A stretch of 64,000 bases of DNA from Pseudobdellovibrionaceae bacterium (GCA_947462815.1 CANHQR010000014.1:800-64799); one strand, 5' to 3'. Shown: positions 52,633 through 62,973, counted from the first letter of the stretch. Numbers and translations: made by a program. Notes: generated from the letters alone by a model not told the origin.

Positions 52633-53919
52633 ATGTTTCACTTTTTAACGAGCGCTCGAATCCCAAGAACCAAGATGCGCTCTTCCCGACCGGCCGTTAG
52701 AGATCGAGCGAAAGCCCTCTTGACCCTCATCGCCATGTGTTTTGCTGAGACGAGCCAGGCGGCCGTCTGGGATGCCACTGAACAGTGGAGTTCCGCTTGG
52801 GAGACAAGATTTCAACAGTGGGTGGAGTCAGACTGGAACAAGGACATCTTCGTCGGTCCTGGCCCCTTGCAGGGCGTGAAGCTGGATTGTGCCGACGCCG
52901 TGTACATGATGCGAATGTACTTCTCCTACCTCCATAAGCTGCCCTTTGCCATGAAGGACTCCACAAGTTCACGAGGTCAACTGGTGACGCAGTCGATGAC
53001 TCGTTGGGATCACTTACCTGAGGCCCAACGAGTTCGACAGTTTGCATTTTTAATTTTCAATATTGGCAGCACGGCTTCGCTGCCTCAAGACACCTATCCC
53101 GTAGCGGTCAACCGGCAAGCCTTGGCGTCGGGAAGCTTGCTCTTAACGGATCGAAGCAGTCACCATTCGTGGACGATCAAGTACTTCTCGAACACCGGAA
53201 TCCCATTCCTCGTCTTCGCTTCTCGTCCGGCTCGTACTCTGATGTACGAGCGATTCGAGTACCCGACCTTTGGCTTTACCTTCCCCAATGGCCTACGTCC
53301 TGAGACCAACGCAGGCTTCCGAGCCTTCCGACAGCCGAGTGACATTCTTAAACCTGTGCATCAGGTTCCGGGATTTTCACTCGAGCAATACTCAATCGCA
53401 CCAGCGACTTGGGCTCGAACGCTCCAGCGGCGCATGCAGACGACTCAAGAAACGGCCGAGCAAAAAGTGACGCGTATTTATAATGAAGCTTGTCGAGCTG
53501 CGCGCGAGCGAGTGGAGGCCGTGCGCGATGGCGTGGCCTACAATGCGAGAATTGGTTCTCGCTGCATGAACTCCACGGAGTATGATGATTATTCGACGCC
53601 CAGCCGTGATAAGCGATTGCAAGGGACTTTTGACGATCTGATGCAGGCATTTCAAGAGGCCGGTGCGGCTCAACCAGGTTCAGGCCTCAGCCAGAGGCTT
53701 CGCGATCAGTTCGCTCTCATGCAGAATTCGCTTCAACCCAATCTAGGAACCGATGCCTGCCCAGTCGAAATTCGCCCCGGACAAAGCCTGACTTTGGGTC
53801 AAGTCTACCGATCCAGTGTCGCTCAGCGCTTGAGCAATAACCCTCACGATACCTTGGAAATGCGTTGGGGAATACAAGCAGGCCCTTCAGCAAAAGCGGC
53901 GAATTGTCCGGTGTATTAA
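52633..53919 (+). CDS. hypothetical secreted protein (possible papain-like/NlpC-P60-type hydrolase)
   Basis: ATG 52633 has AGGAG 7 nt upstream. The signal peptide is ...AKALLTLIAMCFAETSQA. The candidate Cys motif is VKLDCADAVYMMRMYF and the downstream His segment is GSLLLTDRSSHHSWTIKY. Confidence 0.45.
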   Translation: MFHFLTSARIPRTKMRSSRPAVRDRAKALLTLIAMCFAETSQAAVWDATEQWSSAWETRFQQWVESDWNKDIFVGPGPLQGVKLDCADAVYMMRMYFSYLHKLPFAMKDSTSSRGQLVTQSMTRWDHLPEAQRVRQFAFLIFNIGSTASLPQDTYPVAVNRQALASGSLLLTDRSSHHSWTIKYFSNTGIPFLVFASRPARTLMYERFEYPTFGFTFPNGLRPETNAGFRAFRQPSDILKPVHQVPGFSLEQYSIAPATWARTLQRRMQTTQETAEQKVTRIYNEACRAARERVEAVRDGVAYNARIGSRCMNSTEYDDYSTPSRDKRLQGTFDDLMQAFQEAGAAQPGSGLSQRLRDQFALMQNSLQPNLGTDACPVEIRPGQSLTLGQVYRSSVAQRLSNNPHDTLEMRWGIQAGPSAKAANCPVY

Positions 53920-54068
53920 TTCGATTCTGGCGATCTGATTCTTGTTCGCTTGTTTGATTGTAGGCTGGCGCGTTTCATCGGTACCAAATTCGAGAAGGGA
54001 CGCCCGCCCGTGCCCATCTCAGAAGGTAAAGTGCGACCACGCCAGACGTCTCGCCAGATGTTCGAGGC

Positions 54069-55040
54069 GTGGGACTCGACACCTCCCCAACATCGTCGCA
54101 CAATGATGAAAACCCGACCCGGCGTGAGGGGAGGGATCGACGGTGCGTCGAGGAGACGAAATTGGCGGACGAAGAGGATATTCGCAATCGCGAGAAGATT
54201 GAAGAGTTCAAGCGCATGCGCATGGAGAAACGCGAAATGCGCCGCCTGCGACGCCTTCAAAACGATTGGCCACTCCTGCGCCGAATTCTCGGGATGTTGG
54301 TGATTGTTGGCGTGCTGCTTTACGGGTGGAAGAGCCTCGATCGCCGAGCCGAACAAGAGCGAAAGCGACTGGCTGAACTCGGGCTTCTCAGTTCACCTCA
54401 GCCTACGCCGATCCCCGGCGAAGATGACTGGACCCAACCGCCTCTGGAGCTTCGCGATCGAATCCCTGAGCAGGTTGCGGAAGTGCCGATATCAAAAGAG
54501 GCTCGACAGATTATTTCTCAGTGTACGCAAGGCGATGATGCCTTCCGCTTGTTGGATTTGAAGTCCGAGCTTGTGACGATGGAGTCGGCCTGGGCGGCGG
54601 TTCTACCTCTTGAGTTGGCTCAGCAAAAAGCGTCGCGGATCCGTCGTCAGCTCAGTCTCGTCAACGTTTCGATTCGACGATCTGGAGAAGAATGGCGCCT
54701 GCAAGCGGCTCCCGAAGGCGAGCGGGGAGTTCTAAAACCCAAGCTCTTTAAGGTTAATCCACGAGATCGCTTGCCCGAGGTGATGCCCTTTCCGAAGGGT
54801 CTTCAGTCTTTAGAGGGAGTCGAAATCACCGCGGAGGGATTGGAGCTGTTCCAGTCTCAAGGCGAGATGATCGAAGAAGAACTCCATGAGCGTTGGAGTT
54901 TTGCCTCAGGGGCTGGAGTTCAAATCTTGCGCCGAAATGGACTCATCTTTGACTTACAAGCTTATCCTAAAGGATCTTTTCTGGCTTGCTCTCGTCGAGA
55001 TTCTGGAGAGATCCAGTGCACCTGCTTGGCGCGTCCCTGA
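54069..55040 (+). CDS. hypothetical membrane-anchored protein
   Basis: A highly charged N-terminus precedes a TM segment (LLRRILGMLVIVGVLLYGW). The start is uncertain (54069, 54216 or 54222). Confidence 0.35.
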   Translation: MGLDTSPTSSHNDENPTRREGRDRRCVEETKLADEEDIRNREKIEEFKRMRMEKREMRRLRRLQNDWPLLRRILGMLVIVGVLLYGWKSLDRRAEQERKRLAELGLLSSPQPTPIPGEDDWTQPPLELRDRIPEQVAEVPISKEARQIISQCTQGDDAFRLLDLKSELVTMESAWAAVLPLELAQQKASRIRRQLSLVNVSIRRSGEEWRLQAAPEGERGVLKPKLFKVNPRDRLPEVMPFPKGLQSLEGVEITAEGLELFQSQGEMIEEELHERWSFASGAGVQILRRNGLIFDLQAYPKGSFLACSRRDSGEIQCTCLARP

Positions 55041-55295
55041 CCGCAAACCTCGGATCGGGGGTCGCCTCAGATCCCTAGCGATTTTTCCAATCGAGGTAAA
55101 ATTCACCCTCATGCATCCCATGAGTTCGCACCACGTCGATTTGAGCTGAGCGCGAACTTTGAATGGCGAGGCGTCGGTCACATAACAACCACGAATCTGT
55201 GGGTGCCGCTCTCGAAGCTGATTGTCCCACCTCATGGTGCGCGTGGGCACAAGCATTCGCGGGATCGATCTTGGGGTCGATCTCTTGGAGATGTC

Positions 55296-56645
55296 ATGTT
55301 TTTGCGAGAAGTGTCTTTACAAAACAGATCCCGGGAAAGTGCGGTTCGGCCTTCGGTTCGTCGACCCCTTCGCGGATGGATGTCTGGTATCATCCTTGGA
55401 GCAGTCTTGGTTGGTCCAAGCCTGACTTCAGCACAAACCCCCAAACGAGCGGTTCGCCCAGCAACACCGACCGCACGACCGATCTTTCAAGGCACACTTG
55501 GCTCACCCGTTCAGTCGTTCGCCACCCCAGGTGCGTTCTCAACCGCCTGCGACTCACGTGACTCGGTGATTTTGAGTTTTGTCGGTGATGTGCTCTTGCA
55601 CGAGCCGCTCCTGCGGCAAGGTTTTTCCGAACCTTCGGGTTTCCGCTCGCTATGGAGAGATATCGAAGAGGCGATTACCGGTCCGGAGATTGATATCTCC
55701 TATGCAAATCTCGAAGGACCCATTGCTCCCGGTGTGACACGATCCGGACAGGTGCAACGCCAGTTTCGTCAAGAGTATGATGGCGAAGTGTTTTCTGACT
55801 TCCCATTGTTTAACTACCCATCACGTCTTGCCGATGACTTAAAAGACTCGGGCTTCGATATCGTATCGACATCCAACAACCACTCTTTAGATCGAAGTGC
55901 CATCGGTGCAGATTTGACAATTCGCGAGTTGGACCGCGTGGGACTGCCGTTCACAGGTACGCGAGAATCTGTGGGCGCAACGCGCCCTTGGCATCGCATC
56001 GTAACATCGAAGGGCTTACGCATCGCCTATGTGGGTTGCGCTGAGATGACCAACGGTGTCCCTAATCGACGCTCTCAGGTTTTGCATTGCTTTAGTCGAG
56101 GGGGACAATTGAGCGGGGAATTGAGCCGTGAGCTTCAAACTCTGCGTGCAGACTCGAGCGTTGATCTGATCGTCGTGACTCCACATTGGGGCGAGGAATA
56201 CGAACACTCGCCGCGAGCACATCAAGTCATGGGCGCGCGACGTATGGTCGATGCGGGCGCCGATGTGGTCGTCGGCGCACATCCACATGTCGTTCAGCCT
56301 TGGCAAAAGTTGACGGCTGCTGATGGGCGCGAAGCGCTTGTTTTGTATTCGCTCGGAAACTTTGTAAGCGGCCAAGGAATTCTTGAACGTCGAGCGAGTA
56401 TTTCGCTCCACGTCGCTGTAGGTCGAGGTGCAAGTGGTCGAGCTGTGGTTCAAGCGGTTTCTGCAACACCTTTGGCGATGCGAACGCGCTGGGAGCGAGG
56501 CCTGCGAGGCTTGAGTTTTGTTGAGGCAGCCCAAACACCCCGAGCCAAGCACCGCGATGTGGGTGAGGTGTTGGAATCTGTGTTCGATCGAAGCGGACTT
56601 CGATATCCGGGTCAAAGTGTGCGCCAGTCTTTGGGTTGTCGCTGA
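55296..56645 (+). CDS. CapA-family protein (PGA_cap metallophosphatase-like)
   Basis: ATG 55296 follows GGAG. The motifs are LSFVGDVLLHEP, YANLEGPIA, STSNNHSLDRS, PHWGEEYEHSP, VVVGAHPHVVQPW and YSLGNFVSGQ. Confidence 0.8.
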   Translation: MFLREVSLQNRSRESAVRPSVRRPLRGWMSGIILGAVLVGPSLTSAQTPKRAVRPATPTARPIFQGTLGSPVQSFATPGAFSTACDSRDSVILSFVGDVLLHEPLLRQGFSEPSGFRSLWRDIEEAITGPEIDISYANLEGPIAPGVTRSGQVQRQFRQEYDGEVFSDFPLFNYPSRLADDLKDSGFDIVSTSNNHSLDRSAIGADLTIRELDRVGLPFTGTRESVGATRPWHRIVTSKGLRIAYVGCAEMTNGVPNRRSQVLHCFSRGGQLSGELSRELQTLRADSSVDLIVVTPHWGEEYEHSPRAHQVMGARRMVDAGADVVVGAHPHVVQPWQKLTAADGREALVLYSLGNFVSGQGILERRASISLHVAVGRGASGRAVVQAVSATPLAMRTRWERGLRGLSFVEAAQTPRAKHRDVGEVLESVFDRSGLRYPGQSVRQSLGCR

Positions 56646-56796
56646 ACTTTGTCGCGAGCGTGTTGGGGTGAAATGGTCAGATTCGAACTCAGATTAATGA
56701 GGTTCGATCTGACCGATCTTCTCCAAGAAAGACCCAGCAAATAACAACATAATATTACTTATCAGCAGGCATCGAAAGCCGATCTGAATTTGCCTC

Positions 56797-57300
56797 TCAG
56801 AGCTTCAAATAGAGCCAGCTTCGAACACCACCCTCGGGAAATCCTGGCAGCTGGCCGAGCATTTGAAATCCGAGTTTGAGATAAAACTCTTGGGCATCAA
56901 AAGTGTCGACATAGATTCCCGCCAAATTCTCTTCTCGAGCTCGGGAGATGAGTTCTTGAATGAGTCTTTGTGCGAACCCCTGTTTCCGAGCCTCAGGTGC
57001 AGTCCAAAGATGGGTCAAGTAAAACCAATTCCAGTGCCGAACTCCTTTGAGTCCAGCCAAAAATTTTCCTGAAGCTTTATCTGTGCCGGAATTTTTGTCT
57101 TTGGTTGAGGTCTGATTTTGTTCGACCGTCATAACCCATGTTTCGAGTGTCGAATCCGGCCAACGCTCAAGAATCTCGGCTCTTAAGAGATTATGAAGCA
57201 ATTCAGCTCGTGAAAGCCCCTCGCTGGGGGCGGATTCAATCGCAGCACGAGTTGGAGATTTGATTTTTTCCCAATGTATCGAATGCGAATCTCTCACCAT
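56797..57300 (-). CDS. GNAT-family N-acetyltransferase
   Basis: The acetyl-CoA binding motif A is LWTAPEARKQGFAQRLIQELISRA, with FYLKLGFQ also present. Confidence 0.8.
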   Translation of the reverse strand: MVRDSHSIHWEKIKSPTRAAIESAPSEGLSRAELLHNLLRAEILERWPDSTLETWVMTVEQNQTSTKDKNSGTDKASGKFLAGLKGVRHWNWFYLTHLWTAPEARKQGFAQRLIQELISRAREENLAGIYVDTFDAQEFYLKLGFQMLGQLPGFPEGGVRSWLYLKL

Positions 57301-57403
57301 GGACTTAAGTGTTGGTGAAGTTATTGGGAATGTCGAGCAACTGCCGGCGCGCCTCGACCTGAGATCTCTCGAACAAATGGTAAGGGTGAGATAATCTGTC
57401 GGT

Positions 57404-58666
57404 ATGAGCTGGGGTTTTCTTAAAGTGTTGGCATTTGTTTTATGGATTTTGATTTTGCCTGCGCAACTCGTCTTGGCACAGAGTGAAGACTCGAGCTCTC
57501 ACCAACCTAGCCAACTGACACAAGGTCGACAAAATCCAATCCAAAGTAGACTTCCTTCGACTTCTCATCTGGCGACAAATTCTTCGCCTACAGATGCTTC
57601 GATGTTTCCTAGGTTGAATCCTCCGCATGCGAATTCGCATTTTGGTTTGTTGCCGCAAGCCCATGGGCACGGAGGTGAACGACTCAGCCAACCTCATCGG
57701 CGCTCTATCGCCACGACGGAATCCATAAGGGGGCAAGAACAAGCTTCCTGCTTCGGCCCCTTCCCGCCTTCCCTCCCTGGACGTCTGGAGTCGTATCGAG
57801 GTGTATCGGCGATTTGCGAAGGAGCTGATCATGTTCGACGAATTGCGCTGCGAAGTTTAGAGACGCAAGGACGGCGGTATCTGCTCACTGTTCACCCGGT
57901 AACTTTGACGACTCAATTTGAGTTGGAAGCTTGTTTGCGGTGCCAATCGGCGATGCGGAACATGTGGCGCAATACTCCCTATGGACAGGCACTTGAAACT
58001 TCGCTGTCGGTCGGTGATCGACATCAGGGGCGATTAAATCTCGGTTTGACACGAAGTCTGGTTGCGGTACGCGGAAGTTTCTTAACAGCGGATCTTTGTC
58101 CCTCACGAGCACCTTTCGATCGAGAAGCTATTCAACGCATCATCAACGAGGCAGGTCAGCTGCCCATCAGAATGGGATTGGCTTACTCAGGCTTATGGTT
58201 GCAAAGACATCCAAATGAGTTCCGATGGCTTCGTCTGTTGGAGCTACAGGGACGCTTGCAAATCGAATGGATCAATCATTCCTATTCACATCCCTATCGC
58301 CGTGGCGTGGATCTTAGGGAAAACTTCTTACTCACTGAGGGTGTGGATCTTTATCGAGAAATCTTTCTTGCCGAGAAGCAGTTGATCGAAATGGGTGGAA
58401 GACCCTCGGTGTTTTTCCGTTTTCCAGGTTTGGTCGGCGATGCCCAACTTCTTCAGCGGATCGGGGACTACGGGTTGATCGCGTTGGGGAGCGAGGCTTG
58501 GCTTGCAAAAGGACAGCGACCACGTGACGGCAGTTTGATCTTATTGCATGCCAACGGGAACGAACCCGCGGGCTGGAGGGCCTTTGATCGACTCTGGCGA
58601 GCCCAAGCGATCCCGCTCCCCTTTCGAGACCTACGCGAGCTCGTTCACCCGTCACACAACGAATGA
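57404..58666 (+). CDS. polysaccharide deacetylase (NodB-homology)-like secreted protein
   Basis: The signal peptide is MSWGFLKVLAFVLWILILPAQLVLA. The NodB motifs are INHSYSHPY, FRFPGL and ILLHANG. Motif 1 is atypical (LTADL instead of TFDDG). Confidence 0.6.
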   Translation: MSWGFLKVLAFVLWILILPAQLVLAQSEDSSSHQPSQLTQGRQNPIQSRLPSTSHLATNSSPTDASMFPRLNPPHANSHFGLLPQAHGHGGERLSQPHRRSIATTESIRGQEQASCFGPFPPSLPGRLESYRGVSAICEGADHVRRIALRSLETQGRRYLLTVHPVTLTTQFELEACLRCQSAMRNMWRNTPYGQALETSLSVGDRHQGRLNLGLTRSLVAVRGSFLTADLCPSRAPFDREAIQRIINEAGQLPIRMGLAYSGLWLQRHPNEFRWLRLLELQGRLQIEWINHSYSHPYRRGVDLRENFLLTEGVDLYREIFLAEKQLIEMGGRPSVFFRFPGLVGDAQLLQRIGDYGLIALGSEAWLAKGQRPRDGSLILLHANGNEPAGWRAFDRLWRAQAIPLPFRDLRELVHPSHNE

Positions 58667-58761
58667 GACCGAAGACGTTTATCTGAATCCTCGATTGTGG
58701 AGTTGCTGCTTCGATCGATGTTTTGTCTTAAGTGGAGACGTTTCCCGACCGATAAGACTTT

Positions 58762-60729
58762 GTGCTGGTTTCCATCAACTATCTCAATTTGAGACAGTGG
58801 AGGGCCTGGGCCTTTTGGCGTTTCACGCGGGCCTGGCTCGTGTTCTGGCTTGTTTGCAGCTCATCACTCACTATGTTCGCCAACGCGAATCCCGTCGCTT
58901 CGGTCCCAGATCCCACGCTTCTCACCTACTCGGAGCTATCACGCCTCTCGCCGCAGCGTCAGGTTGAGTATATCGAGGGTGTTCGCTCACTACTCCTTGA
59001 GCTTTCGCAGATGAAAGATTCACGTCTCAGCGATTTAGGCACAGGCCAGGATCGCGAATCTCGAATCACTATGATGGCGCGCCTTGAGCAGTGGCTGAAA
59101 CAGGTCTCACGTTTTCCTGAGGCATATGCCAGCGAAAACTTGAACAGAGCCCTTCAAACGATCGAGAGATGTGTGCCGAGCTCCGGACCAGCACGAGTCG
59201 CTGAATTCGTGCCTCACGTCGGAAACTTTTCGTGCACTCTATCGATCGAGGTTCGGAGTGAAGAAGAGCGTCAAACCCTCCGTAATTTTCAAAGGAATCG
59301 AATCATCGACTACTATCGCAACATTGAGACTCTTCAGCGAGACGTGGTCGAGGGCCGACGAACAGAAGACGTCGTCGTCGATTACAGCACTCGCTTTGAA
59401 GGAAGCTTCTTTAGAACTCAGCGTCGGCTGACCAATCCAGGCACGGATCGAACAGCTCAAGCAAATGGCGATCTGACAGCTGAGGAAGGCCGAGCACGCG
59501 CTTGGCGACAGCTCGCCTTGGAGGCCGGAACTAGAGCGCAACCTGCTGCACAACCTACAACGGCGCTTGGCCTTCCCCCCGTATCTCTTGTAGCTCCGCG
59601 CGTGGCGGTTCCAGCTACAATGCCGCCTCCGCCACAACCTGCGCCAGCCTCGGCACCTCCGCCAATTGCTGCTGCAACTCTGCAGCCACCAGTCGCGGCA
59701 GTTTCAACTTCTCCGCCTCGAGAACCCGCACCCGTTGCTCCTCCTGCGCCGATTATCACGGCCCCTGTGCCACAGCCTGTGGTCGAGGTGGCGCCGATCC
59801 CTCCACCTGCTCGCCCTGCTTCTCTTGCAACTGCGACGATTGCTCAAGGGCCATCTGCTGTGACCGCTGTGCCCACCGACGTCAATCGACCACTCACCGA
59901 GGCCGAGCGTGCGCGACGCCAACGAGCTTGGCCAGAGGGCGTTTTTGGTCCGTTCTCAAGCATGGAAATTCAGCGCGGCGCTTGCGGAGAGAATGGTCGC
60001 TTGGCCCACCACGATGAGGCCAGTGGTGTTTGGTTTTGTTTGACGGAGGATGCGCAAAGAAAAGTGCAGACGGGAGAGATTGAGCTCCCTCAGCTTCGCT
60101 CGAGTCAATTACCTGTGGATCGCTGTGCGCCTGTGCCCATGGTTTGTGAACCCAAGGCGGAACTCCGACGGCAATTCTGGGGTACGCAGGGCGTGAAGTG
60201 CTTGATTGCCGGCGTGGTCAGTGAACTCGAACCTGTTCCAGGCCGACCAGACGATAAACGATGCCGTGTGCCCGGAGAATTCTCTGTCGGAGAAAGACGA
60301 TTCCGTTGTGGACCTCATCAGAGCATTTGCAATCCTCTCCTCTTCGGTTCTGTGAATGAACAGACCCCGGTCTGTATGGGACGCGGAAGCGATGTGACGG
60401 CTCGCTGTGCTCGAGTCTCTACAGCCCATGACGCTCATCGCTTCTTGAGTCGTCATACGCCGGGGATTCAAGAAACGTGGGACCAATTACGCAACGGACT
60501 TCGCGAAGTTTGTGCGCCGAGTTCCGTCTCGGGGCGCTTTCATTGTGAGGAGTGCAATCTCATTCGGCAGCGACTCTTTGAGTTGAATGCAAAAATTGTC
60601 GGTCGCGAGCGCGCTTGCGAAAATGCGGATCACCTTGATCGCATTCGCGAAAATTTACCGCTGAATGCGACAACTCGACAGGCGCCGCCGCGAAGTGCTC
60701 CGGCTCGAGCTCCACGCACGAGCCAATAA
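58762..60729 (+). CDS. hypothetical exported protein with Pro/Ala-rich linker and Cys-rich C-terminal domain
   Basis: It has a GTG start and a hydrophobic N-terminus. The central PPPQPAPASAPPPIAAATLQPPVAAVSTSPPREPAPVAPPAPIITAPVPQP is followed by a C-terminal region of about 250 aa with many Cys. Confidence 0.45.
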   Translation: MLVSINYLNLRQWRAWAFWRFTRAWLVFWLVCSSSLTMFANANPVASVPDPTLLTYSELSRLSPQRQVEYIEGVRSLLLELSQMKDSRLSDLGTGQDRESRITMMARLEQWLKQVSRFPEAYASENLNRALQTIERCVPSSGPARVAEFVPHVGNFSCTLSIEVRSEEERQTLRNFQRNRIIDYYRNIETLQRDVVEGRRTEDVVVDYSTRFEGSFFRTQRRLTNPGTDRTAQANGDLTAEEGRARAWRQLALEAGTRAQPAAQPTTALGLPPVSLVAPRVAVPATMPPPPQPAPASAPPPIAAATLQPPVAAVSTSPPREPAPVAPPAPIITAPVPQPVVEVAPIPPPARPASLATATIAQGPSAVTAVPTDVNRPLTEAERARRQRAWPEGVFGPFSSMEIQRGACGENGRLAHHDEASGVWFCLTEDAQRKVQTGEIELPQLRSSQLPVDRCAPVPMVCEPKAELRRQFWGTQGVKCLIAGVVSELEPVPGRPDDKRCRVPGEFSVGERRFRCGPHQSICNPLLFGSVNEQTPVCMGRGSDVTARCARVSTAHDAHRFLSRHTPGIQETWDQLRNGLREVCAPSSVSGRFHCEECNLIRQRLFELNAKIVGRERACENADHLDRIRENLPLNATTRQAPPRSAPARAPRTSQ

Positions 60730-60747
60730 AAATCTGAATTTGAGTGG

Positions 60748-61308
60748 TCACTCGTTTTCGACGAGTAAAGCTTGGTCTCTTTCGACCCCCATCAATTGAT
60801 AGCGTCGGCCCTTGTATTCAAAGGTAGCGCTCATATGCTGAGTGGCTTCATCAGTTTCTGTTGTGTCAAACATCAGGCGAGCCTGGCCGCGATCATCCTC
60901 AGGGAAGTGACCGGTCAGTAAGCCCGAGTTGACCTCGGCTCGCGATTTAGTCAGCACAACGGAAGTGATCCGACCTTGGCCAAAATCCACAGCGAAACTT
61001 TTGGTTTCCCCGGGTTTGAGAGCATAAAGCTCAGACCAATTGATACGCACTTTCTGAGCTGAGCGAACACGGATGCCCACTTGCTTTTGCGCAAGTGTCG
61101 ACGAGATCGGCGCTTCAACGAGAAACAAGGGCGAAGAACGAATTGCGCCGCCTCCTGAGAGGCCAGCAGGTGTCCGGGCAGGATCTCGACGCATGGGCGA
61201 CGAGGCGAACATCGCCAAAGCCACAACCAGCATAGTTCCAATCACCATGCCGATGACTCGGGCTGGATTTGCGGGCGGGCGTCCAGGGGCGTGCGGCGTC
61301 TCTCTCAT
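60748..61308 (-). CDS. hypothetical membrane-anchored protein
   Basis: The N-terminal TM segment is VIGMVIGTMLVVALAMFA. I recognised no motif. Confidence 0.4.
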   Translation of the reverse strand: MRETPHAPGRPPANPARVIGMVIGTMLVVALAMFASSPMRRDPARTPAGLSGGGAIRSSPLFLVEAPISSTLAQKQVGIRVRSAQKVRINWSELYALKPGETKSFAVDFGQGRITSVVLTKSRAEVNSGLLTGHFPEDDRGQARLMFDTTETDEATQHMSATFEYKGRRYQLMGVERDQALLVENE

Positions 61309-61434
61309 ACAACTTCAGTTTAGACCGATTGGTCGACTTCGAGAGCAGAAATTTTTGAAAGAAGCCGAATCTTCAGGTCAAGCCGAGTCACCCGTGGACC
61401 AGTTCGCCCATCGGCGAGATGGTTGTGCGAATGC

Positions 61435-62502
61435 TTAACCCTTTTTCTGCTCCTGCTTGGCTTTCGTAATGGCCGAAGCTCTAGATCGCATACGATCAAA
61501 CTGCGTTGTCGACGTCACCGACTTCGGTCCAGCCTGAGTCGAGCCTGCCATTTCATTCATTTGTGCGACACGTTCGCGGCTTGGCGGGTGTGTCGACAGA
61601 GCGTCAGCGAAAGATCCCAAGATACTTTGGCCACCCTTCTGTCGCTCCTCTTCCATCTTTTGGAGTTTGTTGTAGAAGGCGCCAACGGCGGCTGGGTTAT
61701 ATCCAGCTTGCACCGCTGTCTTAAAGCCTATGCGATCGGCCTCCATCTCATCTTCCCGAGAGTTGGCCATGAACTTATATTTTTGCACCAGCAAGCCGCC
61801 GCCGGCACCTGCAACCGCACCGAGTTGCGCGGCTTTGGTGATGCAATCGTTGTCTTTAGGTGGGCACAACAACTTGCCCAAACCGAATCCCGCAGCCCCC
61901 CCGAGTAAGCCTCCGCCAACGGCGTACATCCAGCTGGTCTTATCCTTCTGCTGGGCATCGATTCGTTCAGCTGCATGTCGAGCCTTCACATGGCCAATCT
62001 CATGGCCGATGACGCCCACGAGCTCCGCTTCGGTGTCCGCCATAGCGATCAGAGGTGTCGTCACAAAGATCGTTCCCGCAGGAAGCGCAAAGGCGTTGAC
62101 GTAGGCCACATCGACGACGGTGAAGTTGTAATTGTAGGGACGACCTTCGAGTTGATTGGCCGCCACCACCTTCTGCCCAAGACCCGCAACATAGGCTTGA
62201 AGGTCCGGATCTTTGACGGGCGGATAGTCTTTGCGCATTTCGACCAGCGCCTCTTGGGTCATGCGCTTTTCCTCTTCGACGGAAATTGAAATCTGCTGAT
62301 CGGCATTGCTGCCCTCGCGGTAGCGAGTCTTCTCACCTGTTGCGCAAGCCGATATCAAAAGTGGCAGAGCCGCTAAGAAGTGTCGACGCCCGACGGGAGT
62401 GGCCGTCAACTGCTGTAAAAGGCGATCGAGCTCCAGCATGGCCTGATGAGAATCGGTCAAGTTGTGACCCTGCGAACTGTCCATTTTTTGATCCAGCTTC
62501 AT
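61435..62502 (-). CDS. M48-family zinc metallopeptidase lipoprotein
   Basis: ATG 62502 follows GGAG. The lipobox is LPLLISACA. The HExxH motif is VIGHEIGHVKARH, with a downstream E (SREDEMEADRIG). Confidence 0.85.
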   Translation of the reverse strand: MKLDQKMDSSQGHNLTDSHQAMLELDRLLQQLTATPVGRRHFLAALPLLISACATGEKTRYREGSNADQQISISVEEEKRMTQEALVEMRKDYPPVKDPDLQAYVAGLGQKVVAANQLEGRPYNYNFTVVDVAYVNAFALPAGTIFVTTPLIAMADTEAELVGVIGHEIGHVKARHAAERIDAQQKDKTSWMYAVGGGLLGGAAGFGLGKLLCPPKDNDCITKAAQLGAVAGAGGGLLVQKYKFMANSREDEMEADRIGFKTAVQAGYNPAAVGAFYNKLQKMEEERQKGGQSILGSFADALSTHPPSRERVAQMNEMAGSTQAGPKSVTSTTQFDRMRSRASAITKAKQEQKKG

Positions 62503-62505
62503 GAT

Positions 62506-62973
62506 TCACTCCTCCAGTCGACGAAAGCCCCGCTCTTCAGCTTGCTTGAGGGCCTGACGGTCGATTTCATAGACGTTGATCATTCCCGAAGGTGAGCCAC
62601 AGAGTTGAATGCGGGCTAGGCCATCGGGCTTCTTTTCCTGATTGTAAACGCTAATCCCCGCGAGTTCGCGCTGCATGACCTCGACACTCATGCCGGGCTT
62701 ACGGTCGCACTGACGGCTTCCGTCCGCCTTAAAGACACGTACGCGAGCCGGCAGGTGACTGAGATCATCCGTCGAGGGCGCCACGACGGCCACCGTCGAG
62801 GCTTCTCCAGGACGTTTGGTTTGATCGAGCTCTGGGGCACGAGGTTCACGACACGGGCGCTGCACGCAGGCCACACTCGCCGTGAAAACGAAAAGCAAAG
62901 CCAAACCGAGATGCCAAGATCTGGCTTGGAAGTTTCGGGGTTCGAAATTTAGGGCTTGCGAGTTCGCGACCAT
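62506..62973 (-). CDS. hypothetical lipoprotein
   Basis: ATG 62973 has GGAGAGG 6 nt upstream and overlaps the bamB 3' end by 25 nt. The signal and lipobox-like segment is LGLALLFVFTASVAC. Confidence 0.45.
   Translation of the reverse strand: MVANSQALNFEPRNFQARSWHLGLALLFVFTASVACVQRPCREPRAPELDQTKRPGEASTVAVVAPSTDDLSHLPARVRVFKADGSRQCDRKPGMSVEVMQRELAGISVYNQEKKPDGLARIQLCGSPSGMINVYEIDRQALKQAEERGFRRLEE

Noticed and set aside
59560-59870. A GC-rich, repetitive-looking stretch that might be a DNA repeat element or an island.
   Set aside because: It is in frame within the 655-aa ORF and simply encodes a Pro/Ala-rich linker. No exact DNA repeat unit could be defined.
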